Part shown: in pieces, positions 44,333 to 51,987 of the stretch
Numbering within the stretch: the stretch's first letter is position 1
Layout: every line of letters begins with the position of its first letter
Source: Deltaproteobacteria bacterium
Lineage (GTDB): Bacteria > Myxococcota_A > UBA796 > GCA-2862545
Assembly: GCA_011376105.1 (NCBI GenBank)
Contig: DRPG01000318.1
Span: 1-51,987 of the forward strand
Reading direction: 5' to 3'
Length of the DNA: 51,987 nt
Translations under genes and position numbers: made by a program
Notes under the pieces: model-generated
Database searches by the model: none
Seen by the model: the letters and a program-made list of their open reading frames with translations, nothing else
Told to the model about the DNA's origin: nothing

Positions 44333-44670
44333 ACACCGAGCTGGCCGAGCAGATCGTCCATCACCCCCGCTGGTCGTGGCGGGAGGGGATGGCCGATGCG
44401 CAGGGCGTGCGGGTCGTCGATCTCGATCTGTGGACGGGGTCAGACGCGCTGCCCGATCTGAGCGACTTCGCGACCGCAGGGGTGCTGCTGGGGGTGCTGA
44501 CCGAGACGGGTCTGTTCACCGACGTGGTCCTCCAGGACGGTGAGTGGATCGTGGCGGTGGATCTGCCGGGGGAGGGCCTGCAGGGCTGGGCCGCCGACAC
44601 CCTGGGGGAGGCCGCAGCCTGGGCGCTGCTGGCGGCCTGGGGTGCGGTGGGGGGAGACGCGTCGGCGTGA
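44329..44670 (+). CDS. Hypothetical protein (113 aa)
   Basis: The TTG start overlaps the upstream stop (TTGA), with AGGA 4 nt upstream. GC-rich third positions are consistent with coding. No motif was recognised. Confidence 0.4.
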   Translation: MNTELAEQIVHHPRWSWREGMADAQGVRVVDLDLWTGSDALPDLSDFATAGVLLGVLTETGLFTDVVLQDGEWIVAVDLPGEGLQGWAADTLGEAAAWALLAAWGAVGGDASA

Positions 44671-45695
44671 GCTGGCTCGGCGGTGTCCTGCTCTGGGGTG
44701 CATCCGCCCACGCGGCCCCCTGCACGTTCACCCACGACGGGGCGCCGGTGCGCCACCTCGACTGTGCTGCGCCCGGTGACTGGCGGGTCCGCTGCCCGCT
44801 GCCTGCGGATCGGTCCGGGAGGCTGCGGATGAGGCTGTCGGTGCCACAGCGGGGCTTCGAGGCGGCCGCGCCGCTGCCTGGGGGCGAGCAGGGGGCCCTC
44901 GAGCTGCCGATCACGAGCTCCACCGGGGCCGGCGCGTTCTCGCTCAGCGCCGACGGAGGGGGGCTGCCCGCAGGTCAGCCCCTGGGGCCGGTCCAGCTCT
45001 GTCCGGTGATCCAGCCCGGCGTCCCCGTCGGCTCGCCACCCGACCGGATCAAGCTGGTGGTCCGCCTCGTCCAGCACCGCCAGACCAGCTTTGCTGAGGA
45101 GCGGCTCGATGATGGGAGCGTCCGGCAGGTGCCGATCTATGACGGTGGGCAGGTGGTGGCGACCGGCGAGATCGAGCTGATCCAGCTCCCGGTCCAGGAG
45201 GCCCCGCTGCTCGCTGCGGCGCTCCCGCCGCGCCGCGACGAGCCGCTCCATGGCTCGCTGGCGGTCCGCAGCGGTGAGGGCTGGGTGAGCCTCGACTGGA
45301 CGGGCTCGCTGTGGGAGGCCCAGGTGTCCACCGGGGATCTCCTCGTGCTGTCCTCAGACTTCCCGCGCTCCGGGGTCTCAGCTGCGCTGGAGCCCACGGG
45401 CAAGCCGATCGAGGCGATGGAGGCCGAGCTGGTCCGCTGGCTGGAGGGGGATCCAGACAGCCGGCTGGGGCTGGTGCTCTGGCGCCGCAGCGAGCTGCTG
45501 GTCCCGCTCCGGAGCCAGGGGGCCCGCTTTGGTCCCCACGAGGGCGCCCCGGGGCGCTGGGTCCAGGGGGAGGGCTGGGGGATCTGGCTCGGGCAGCAGG
45601 GCGAGCGGATCCGGGTGGTGATCGCCCAGCGCAAGGAGCCCCTCGATCCCGAGGCTGAGGCTGTGATCGAGAAGATCCTGGTGCGGGAGCCGTGA
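44667..45695 (+). CDS. Hypothetical secreted protein (about 342 aa)
   Basis: The GTG overlaps the upstream stop (GTGA). The N-terminus SWLGGVLLWGASAHA-APC looks like a signal peptide. No motif was recognised. Confidence 0.45.
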   Translation: MSWLGGVLLWGASAHAAPCTFTHDGAPVRHLDCAAPGDWRVRCPLPADRSGRLRMRLSVPQRGFEAAAPLPGGEQGALELPITSSTGAGAFSLSADGGGLPAGQPLGPVQLCPVIQPGVPVGSPPDRIKLVVRLVQHRQTSFAEERLDDGSVRQVPIYDGGQVVATGEIELIQLPVQEAPLLAAALPPRRDEPLHGSLAVRSGEGWVSLDWTGSLWEAQVSTGDLLVLSSDFPRSGVSAALEPTGKPIEAMEAELVRWLEGDPDSRLGLVLWRRSELLVPLRSQGARFGPHEGAPGRWVQGEGWGIWLGQQGERIRVVIAQRKEPLDPEAEAVIEKILVREP

Positions 45696-45906
45696 GCGGC
45701 GCGGGCGCGTGAGGGGGGCGGCACGGACGAGTGGCCCGACCATGAGCCGGGCCCCGAGCGAGCCCCGGTCTGCTGGCCTCGTGGGGCTCGAGGCCGAGGT
45801 CGGGGACCGACGTGCCCAGGCGAGCCGGCCGAGGCCTGGGATCGAGGGCCCGCGAAGACCCTCTCCGGCTGTGACCCAGCCCGCGACAGCAGGGAGCTGG
45901 ATCGCG

Positions 45907-47622
45907 CTAGAACCCCGCGCAGCCGGCGAGCCGCCCGGTGAAGGTCTCGAGCTGACTGTCGAGGCGTTGATCCTGGACCTTGAAGTCCTCGAGGGACGCC
46001 TCCAGCACCTCGTGGGCGTTCTTGAGATCCTTGTAGTCGGACTGTAGGTAGCCCCCGGAGTTCTGGATCACGCGGCTCTGGAGATCCTGGAGCAGATCGT
46101 GCTCTAGGTTGTGCAGGATCTCCCGGATCAGGACGTCACGATCCGTCGGGCTGGCGCTGGACAGCTGGCTGTACAACGCCAAAGCCTCGTCGTGCCCCGC
46201 GAGGGGGGTCTCGTCGATCTCTGCGACGTGCAGCAGGGTCCGGGTGACGCGGCCGAGGCACTCCTCCTCGAAGGTCTCCTGCATTTCGGCCCGGGCGGTG
46301 TTGACGCCGAAGCGGGTGACCGCGATCTGTGCGCCGGTGGCGATGGTGAACGCCAGGATCCCGAACAGGGCCAGCGTGCTCAGGCCCCCCACCACCAGGA
46401 AGAGGTTGCGCAGCTGGAGCCTGCGTTCCCGGCTGCGGCGGCTGTAGGGTTGGATGAACCGAGGGCTCGAGGTGTCGACCGAGGCCCGGCTCACAGCGGA
46501 GGAGCACGAGGGTGGCTCCTCTGAGTGGAGCGCCGGGGGGTTGTAGGGCCGGATGACCTCCGAGATTGGATCGGACTCGGAGGTCCCTGTGTCGAAGTAC
46601 AGGGGCTCCTCGATGATCGAGGGCTGCAGCAGCGGCGCCGGCTCCATGGGACCCGAGCCGGGGGGCTCCTGGACGAAGGAGCTGGCCCGCCCGGCCCTGG
46701 GGTTGACCGTCGAGAAGCTCGGTGGGGTGATATCTTCGAGGATCGGCAGATCCGAGGAGACCAGCGGGGGCGTGTCGAGGGGATCGGGCTGAAGGACCTT
46801 TAGGGCCTCCCGCAGATCGTGGGCCATCTCTCGGATGGTGGGGTATCTCGCCTCCCTGCGGTACTCAGAGCCCCGGCGGACGATCCGGGCGAGCGGGGCA
46901 GGGATCCCCTCTAGATCGCTGTCCTCGGCCATGAAGAGGTGGGTGGCCGCCTCGCCCTTGAGCAGGGTGTAGAAGGTCGCGGCGATCGAGTACACATCGG
47001 CGCGCTTGTCGGCGTGCTTTGCGCTCTCGTGCTGCTCCGGCGCCATGTACCCGATCGTGCCCATCACGGTGCCGGTCATCGTCATCCGGATGTCTTCCAG
47101 CACCTGGGCGATCCCGAAGTCGGTGACCTTGCAGTTTCCGTCGCGATCCACCAGCAGGTTCTGGGGCTTGATGTCGCGGTGCACGATCTCTTGGCGGTGG
47201 GCGGCCTCGACGCCCTCGCACAGCTGCAGCACCACCTCCGTGGCCATCCGTGGCGGCATCGGGCCGTGGCGCTCGATCCAGTCGGTGACCGAGCCCCCCT
47301 CGGCGTACTCCATCACCATGTAGGCGACGTCGTCGTCGATGCCCCCGTCGTACACCGCGATGATGTTGGGGTGCGACAGGGCCTTCATCGTGGCCGCCTC
47401 GCGCTCGAACCGGTGCCGCAGCGCGGGCCGCTTGGCGTACTCGGGCAGCAGGGTCTTGATCGCCCGCCACTGGTCGGTCCAGGTGTCGAAGCCCAGGTGG
47501 ACCAGCGCGGTCCCCCCCTCTGCGACCTCGCGCACCAGCACGTACCGTCCGTCGGCCAGCGTGTGTTGGCTGGCCTGAGCGGTGGGGTAGGTGGGGGGCA
47601 TGAATCGATCGCTCATCGACAT
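45907..47622 (-). CDS. Hanks-type Ser/Thr protein kinase with one TM helix and an extracytoplasmic C-terminal domain
   Basis: AIKTL, HRDIKPQNLLV, DFGIAQ, GYMAPEQ. TM helix: LFLVVGGLSTLALFGILAFTIATG. The start is uncertain (ATG at 47622, 47616 or 47601). Confidence 0.85.
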   Translation of the reverse strand: MSMSDRFMPPTYPTAQASQHTLADGRYVLVREVAEGGTALVHLGFDTWTDQWRAIKTLLPEYAKRPALRHRFEREAATMKALSHPNIIAVYDGGIDDDVAYMVMEYAEGGSVTDWIERHGPMPPRMATEVVLQLCEGVEAAHRQEIVHRDIKPQNLLVDRDGNCKVTDFGIAQVLEDIRMTMTGTVMGTIGYMAPEQHESAKHADKRADVYSIAATFYTLLKGEAATHLFMAEDSDLEGIPAPLARIVRRGSEYRREARYPTIREMAHDLREALKVLQPDPLDTPPLVSSDLPILEDITPPSFSTVNPRAGRASSFVQEPPGSGPMEPAPLLQPSIIEEPLYFDTGTSESDPISEVIRPYNPPALHSEEPPSCSSAVSRASVDTSSPRFIQPYSRRSRERRLQLRNLFLVVGGLSTLALFGILAFTIATGAQIAVTRFGVNTARAEMQETFEEECLGRVTRTLLHVAEIDETPLAGHDEALALYSQLSSASPTDRDVLIREILHNLEHDLLQDLQSRVIQNSGGYLQSDYKDLKNAHEVLEASLEDFKVQDQRLDSQLETFTGRLAGCAGF

Positions 47623-47782
47623 CCAACACAAGAGCGCCGCGGGAGGCGACCTCAAGAGATGATATCCGATGACCTCCACGGACGGAGGGAACCGCCGTGG
47701 AGGCGGTGGGCCCCTCGTCACGACGATCGTGTGTGTGGCCGAGGCAGGGGCTCCGGTCCACAAAGCTCCCGCGCCCCGGGGT

Positions 47783-49267
47783 CTACGGAGAGGTCGTGGC
47801 GATCACGCAGGGATCGTTGGCTGCGCCGGGGGTGCCGAGATCACCGTCTCCGAAGGGGGTGGCGGCCTCGCACCACAGGGAGCCGTCGTCGTTGCTGATC
47901 GCGTCGGTGGCGCTGGGATCGAGGCTCATGCTCGCGCCGGTGGGATCGGGGAAGGTCGCGCCGTTGTCGTAGGTGATCGCGTCGATGATCCCACCTGCGT
48001 TCTCCAGCACGATCTCGTCGTCGGAGTTACCTAGGAAGAAGCTTGTGTATTCATAGTCGAGGGCCACGCCGCCGTTGAGCAGTGGATCGCCGTTGGCCCC
48101 AAAGACGAGGTAACCCCCGGCCGGCACCAGCAGGGTCCTGGAGACGACGAAGCTGTCGGAGCCATCGTCGCGGACGATCAGCCCGTCGAGATCGAGGTCG
48201 CGCCCGGACGCGTTGTACACCTCGAACCACTCTCCATCGTTGTCCCCCACCGCCGCGGGGTTCTGGATCACCTCGGTGATCACCAGCTCTCCGGCGGCGA
48301 TGGCGTCGGCGGGTACGCCCGCCCCGGTGTCCCCGGTGGGCAGCCCCGTGCCGCCGGTGCCGCCGGTAGGGATCCCGGTGCCGCCGGTGGGGATCCCGGT
48401 GTCGCCGGTGCCGCCGGTGCCGCCGACGAAGTCCGCGAGCTCCCGGGGCATCAGCTTGTAGGCGCTGTAGGTGTAGCTGAGCACACCGGTGATGGCATCG
48501 AACGAGACGCCGGGGGTGACGGGTGCGTCGTCCCCGTAGTAGTAGCAGCGATCGCCGACGACCCAGGTCTCTCCGCTCGTGTCGACGGTGTCGAACTCGT
48601 TGTAGTTCGTGGGCAGGGAGCTGATCTCGAGCTCGGGGAGGGTCAGCAGCACACCCTCCCATGGCTCTGGATCGTTGGCGAGGACGGCTGGATCGAGCAG
48701 CTCAGGGGGTGGCTCTCCGACCGGGCCGAGGTTGACGAAGCGGGGGTTGCCCGCGTTGAGGACGTCGATCTCGGTCTCGTCGTAGTACTCGTCGTACAGC
48801 CCGGTGACCTCGACCCTGTCTCCACGAGTGGCCGCGGTGTAGCTCGCGTCCCACTTGTCGCCGAGGTACACCCACAGACCCGAGCGCTGGCCTCCGGCGG
48901 GATCCTGGACGAACACGCCGTTGTAGGAGGTGCCGGTGACCACCCCCTGGATCGTGACCTCTGCTCCCTCGGCGATCAGGCCACCCTGGATGTCGTAGAT
49001 CGAGTCGAGGCCGGTGGTGCCGGTGTCGGTGGTGCCGGTGTCGGTGGTGCCGGTGTCGGTGGGGCCGGTGTCCGTGTCGGCGTCGGAGTCCGTGTCGGCG
49101 TCGGAGTCCGCGTCGGCGTCGGAGTCCGCGTCGGCGTCGGAGTCCGCGTCCGCGTCGCTCTCTCCGATCCCCGTGTCGTCCTTGGTCTGGGGGGGCTCCC
49201 TGGGGCAGCCGAGCAAGGTGAGGGACAGCAGGACTGTGCCGGATGGAAGGATCGATCGGGTGCGCAT
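47783..49267 (-). CDS. Lipoprotein with acidic repeat linker, OB-fold-like domain and C-terminal lamin-tail domain (LTD)
   Basis: The lipobox is LSLTLLGC. The linker reads (DADS)n/(TDTGT)n. IYDIQGG...VTIQGVVT...GVFVQD resembles the N-terminal OB of ExeM/NucH-type nucleases. LVITEVIQNPAAVGDNDGEWFEVYNASGRDLDLDGL is the LTD signature. No nuclease catalytic domain was seen. Confidence 0.7.
   Translation of the reverse strand: MRTRSILPSGTVLLSLTLLGCPREPPQTKDDTGIGESDADADSDADADSDADADSDADTDSDADTDTGPTDTGTTDTGTTDTGTTGLDSIYDIQGGLIAEGAEVTIQGVVTGTSYNGVFVQDPAGGQRSGLWVYLGDKWDASYTAATRGDRVEVTGLYDEYYDETEIDVLNAGNPRFVNLGPVGEPPPELLDPAVLANDPEPWEGVLLTLPELEISSLPTNYNEFDTVDTSGETWVVGDRCYYYGDDAPVTPGVSFDAITGVLSYTYSAYKLMPRELADFVGGTGGTGDTGIPTGGTGIPTGGTGGTGLPTGDTGAGVPADAIAAGELVITEVIQNPAAVGDNDGEWFEVYNASGRDLDLDGLIVRDDGSDSFVVSRTLLVPAGGYLVFGANGDPLLNGGVALDYEYTSFFLGNSDDEIVLENAGGIIDAITYDNGATFPDPTGASMSLDPSATDAISNDDGSLWCEAATPFGDGDLGTPGAANDPCVIATTSP
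49014..49157. repeat. Tandem 15-bp (GGTGCCGGTGTCGGT) and 18-bp (GTCGGCGTCGGAGTCCGC) repeats encoding the T/D/G and D/A/S linker of the LTD lipoprotein
   Basis: Read directly from the sequence. Boundaries are approximate. Confidence 0.75.
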
Positions 49268-49318
49268 CGTGACTCCTCTGAGCAGGCGGGTGAGAGCATC
49301 AAAGAGCGCACCCTACCA

Positions 49319-51987
49319 TCAAGCCGGCGGCCCCTCCCCCCGGAGCTGAGGATGGACCGGGGGAGCAGCCTGCAGCGCCTGTTTCAGTAGGGTGATGCCC
49401 CGCTGCAGCTGTGGATCGATCCCTGAGGCCCAGGCCTCGGGGGGATATCCGACGATCTCGTCTGGATCGGTCCCGTGGTTCTCGAGCCCGTACCCCACGT
49501 CCTGGAACCAGGTCGAGTACTCGGGCTGGGTGGTGATGCTTTGATCGACCAGGGCTGTGCGGGGGGAGATCCCCACCACCCCGCCCCAGGTGCGGGTGCC
49601 CACCAGCGGACCGAGCCCCATCAGCTTCCAGGCGTGGCTGAAGATGTCTCCGTCGGAGCCCGCCATCTCGTTGGTGAGGCAGACCATGGGGCCGAGCACC
49701 GAGTAGGCCGGGTAGGTCGTCGGCAGGCCATAGCGGGGGACCCCATAGCCCAGGCGGCGCCGCGCCAGGCGATCGAGGAGCAGCTGGCTGACGTGTCCAC
49801 CCCGGTTGTAGCGGACATCGACCAGCAGGCCGTCGCAGCTCGACTCATGGAGGAAGTCGCGGTGGAACTCTGCGAACCCCCCTGGGCCCATGTCGGGGAT
49901 GTGGACGTAGCCGAGCCGGCCCCCGCTGGCGTCGTGGACCGTGCGGCGGTTGGTCAGGACCCAGTCACGGTAGCGCAGCCCCCGATCGCTCGACAGGGTC
50001 TTGATCACCGAGGTGCGGCGATCGCCGGAGGTGGCGACGGAGAGCTCCACCAGCGTGCCCGCCTGGTTCACCAGGGCCGCCCCCGGTGGGCTCATCGCCT
50101 CCACCGGCAGGCCCCCGATCGCGGTGATCACGTCTCCCTCAGAGACGTCCGCCCCCGGCGCCAGCAGCGGGCTAGAGCGCTTGGGATCTCCGGGCTCTCC
50201 CCGCACGATCCGGGTGATCCGCCAGCCGGGGGTGCGCGGATCCCAGGTGAGATCCGCGCCCAGCCGCCCCACCGGGTAGGTCGGGGTGCGGCGATGATCT
50301 CCGCCTAGCTCGTAGGCGTGGCTCGTGCCCAGCTCGCCCTGCATCGACCAGATCAGATCGGAGAGCTCGGAGCGGGTGGAGATCCGCTCCACGAGATCGC
50401 GGTAGCGACCCCGGACCTCCTCCCAGTCGACCCCGCCCATGCTCGGCCGCCAGAAGTGGTCTCGCATCAGGCGCCAGGCCTCGTCTATCATCTGGCGCCA
50501 CTCTTGGACGGGATCGATGGAGATCCGGACCCGGGCCAGATCGATCCACATCTCCTTGCGGGTGGTGCGTCCCTGGGTCTTCTTCAGCTCATCCCGCTGG
50601 CCCCGATCGGGCCTCGCGGGCACCACCCGGAGCCTCCAGCCGGAGCGCAGCGCGAGCTGATCGTGGCCTTGGCTGATCCGGGCCCTGCTGATCGCGCCGT
50701 TGAGCAGGGTGAGCTCGCGCTTGTCGAAGGACCAGCTCAGCAGCTGCCGATCGGCCTTAGGGGGCCCCGTGTCCTGCCAGGTGCGATCGAGGGTGCCCTT
50801 GATCTGCTCTCGTGTGAGCAGGATCTCTCCGCCCCCGACGCCGAAGATCGACTCATAGCGGCCCTCGGCCACCGGCAGCGCGACGATCCGATCGGAGATG
50901 CCCTCCAGCTCGATCTCCAGCGCATCGTCGTCTCCGGAGGGCTCGTCGGGCTCCCCGGGGGCCGCCTGCAGGGGGTGGGGCACGTCCCGACGGAGGGTGA
51001 CCAGGTAGGGCTGGGTGCCCCGGACGAAGCCATAGCCAAAGAACTGGGTGTCCATCACCGGATCGAAGGATCGGCTGGAGAGGAAGTACAGGTGTGCGCC
51101 GCCGGGATCGAAGGAGGGGGAGGTGTCGCGGTAGTGGCCGTCGGTGACCGACACGATCGGTGCGTCGGCCTCGTCGATCTTCAGCAGGCGGATGCTGGCG
51201 CGCTGACCCCAGCTGGCCCGGGGCAGGGACCAGGCGAGCCAGGCCCCGTCGCTCGACCAGGCCAGATCCGAGGGCCTGCCGTGGGTGCCCTCCTCGAGGA
51301 CGCGCGGGGGCTCGGCCTCGGTCAGATCCACCAGGGTCAGGATCTGTCGATGATCCGAGATCGCGGCCCAGCGCCCCCCCGGAGCGATCTCGATCTCCAC
51401 GGGGTTGCCGAGGTCTCCGGTGGCCAGGGGCTGCGCCGGTGTGCCGTCGACGGCGAGGATCTCGAGCCCCTTTTCTCCGGAGGCATCCGAGACCACCAGC
51501 AGGCGATCGGCGTCGATCCACCGGGCGAGCCCATAGCGGACGCCGTCGCGGGCGCCGAGCTGTCGGACGGGGCCCTCCCAGCTGCCGAGGGTGCAGGGGC
51601 GCCCCCGGACGATGAGGGCGAGGCTGTGACCATCGGGGTGGAGATCGACGTCCTCGAGGTACCTTGAGGCGGCGGGGAACCGACGCTGCTGCCAGGTCCC
51701 CTGGCTGCGGACCTCGACCTCGACCCGGGTCGGCGCCTCCCCCGGGCGCCACAGCCACAGATCGCCTCCGCTGACGTAGACCAGCCGCTCCCCGTCTCCG
51801 TCGAGGAACCGGACCGGTGCGACGCCGTGCTCGGCGTGCAGGGTGCGATCTCCACCGTCGGCGGTGCAGCTGTACAGGGCAGCGGTGCCCTGCTCATCTC
51901 CGATGAACGCGATCCGGGATCCGATCCACTGGGGAGCTGCGACGTTGCCGGCGAGCTCGAGCCTGTGCCACGTCCCGTCGGGCCGGC
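49319..51987 (-). CDS. Tricorn-protease-like S41 peptidase (beta-propellers + PDZ + S41 domain); the 5' end lies beyond the window
   Basis: The reading frame stays open from 51985 to the stop at 49319; the track only reports it from an internal GTG at 51496. It has TolB/tricorn-like propeller repeats, a PDZ-like segment (GDVITAIGG) and an S41 core (...RYNRGGHVSQ..., NEMAGSDGDIF, TWGG). Confidence 0.8.
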   Translation of the reverse strand, partial: RPDGTWHRLELAGNVAAPQWIGSRIAFIGDEQGTAALYSCTADGGDRTLHAEHGVAPVRFLDGDGERLVYVSGGDLWLWRPGEAPTRVEVEVRSQGTWQQRRFPAASRYLEDVDLHPDGHSLALIVRGRPCTLGSWEGPVRQLGARDGVRYGLARWIDADRLLVVSDASGEKGLEILAVDGTPAQPLATGDLGNPVEIEIAPGGRWAAISDHRQILTLVDLTEAEPPRVLEEGTHGRPSDLAWSSDGAWLAWSLPRASWGQRASIRLLKIDEADAPIVSVTDGHYRDTSPSFDPGGAHLYFLSSRSFDPVMDTQFFGYGFVRGTQPYLVTLRRDVPHPLQAAPGEPDEPSGDDDALEIELEGISDRIVALPVAEGRYESIFGVGGGEILLTREQIKGTLDRTWQDTGPPKADRQLLSWSFDKRELTLLNGAISRARISQGHDQLALRSGWRLRVVPARPDRGQRDELKKTQGRTTRKEMWIDLARVRISIDPVQEWRQMIDEAWRLMRDHFWRPSMGGVDWEEVRGRYRDLVERISTRSELSDLIWSMQGELGTSHAYELGGDHRRTPTYPVGRLGADLTWDPRTPGWRITRIVRGEPGDPKRSSPLLAPGADVSEGDVITAIGGLPVEAMSPPGAALVNQAGTLVELSVATSGDRRTSVIKTLSSDRGLRYRDWVLTNRRTVHDASGGRLGYVHIPDMGPGGFAEFHRDFLHESSCDGLLVDVRYNRGGHVSQLLLDRLARRRLGYGVPRYGLPTTYPAYSVLGPMVCLTNEMAGSDGDIFSHAWKLMGLGPLVGTRTWGGVVGISPRTALVDQSITTQPEYSTWFQDVGYGLENHGTDPDEIVGYPPEAWASGIDPQLQRGITLLKQALQAAPPVHPQLRGEGPPA

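Noticed and set aside
51337-51897. 186-aa minus-strand ORF
   Set aside because: It is an alternate frame within the tricorn-like protease gene. The protease frame stays open to the window edge and shows propeller-like sequence.
1-51987. Mobile elements, prophage, genomic-island borders, tRNA/rRNA genes
   Set aside because: No transposase, integrase, phage structural or tRNA-like sequence was recognised in any intergenic gap. The composition looks uniform apart from the short AT-richer promoter region at about 27705-27929.

Overview
The window is very GC-rich (near 70% by eye, not computed), densely coding bacterial chromosome. It is most likely from a myxobacterium (Myxococcota). Supporting signs are a MYXO-CTERM-type sorting tail, several Hanks-type Ser/Thr kinases, a sigma-54-like promoter and many lipoproteins. 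All domain calls below are by-eye motif recognition on the supplied translations; no database search was possible.

Housekeeping content:
- greA (3' part), maf, a family-4 uracil-DNA glycosylase and a five-domain S1 protein.
- queA-tgt, divergent from yajC-secD-secF.
- ansA, usp and a stand-alone coaC-like flavoprotein.
- An hbd / enoyl-CoA hydratase / acyl-CoA dehydrogenase / B12-binding-domain operon.
- A tricorn-like S41 protease that runs off the 3' edge.

No rRNA, tRNA, CRISPR array, transposase, integrase or prophage gene was recognised.

Candidates for something new:
1. A four-gene paralogous Hsp70 module on the minus strand (2913-8490). It comprises an Hsp70 with a C-terminal vWA/MIDAS domain in place of the lid, a minimal GrpE-like protein, a lidless Hsp70, and a tail-anchored J-like protein lacking the HPD motif. 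A strong hairpin abuts the first gene's ribosome-binding site.
2. A minus-strand block (30674-40321). It encodes a 1147-aa lipoprotein (YVTN-type propeller repeats at both ends, Asp-box repeats in the middle), a 635-aa lipoprotein with an internally duplicated WTLTYD module, and a roughly 1400-aa STAND-like protein in which every catalytic signature I could read looks degenerate.
3. A translationally coupled ThDP-enzyme / KASIII-like pair with a non-canonical triad. It lies next to a FliA-type sigma gene that carries a sigma-54-like promoter and GATAC palindromes.

Pseudoenzymes recur across the window: a RecG-like protein with eroded helicase motifs, an HPD-less J-like protein, a pseudokinase and the STAND-like protein. 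Many long ORFs in the supplied track are antisense or alternate-frame artefacts of high GC and were rejected.
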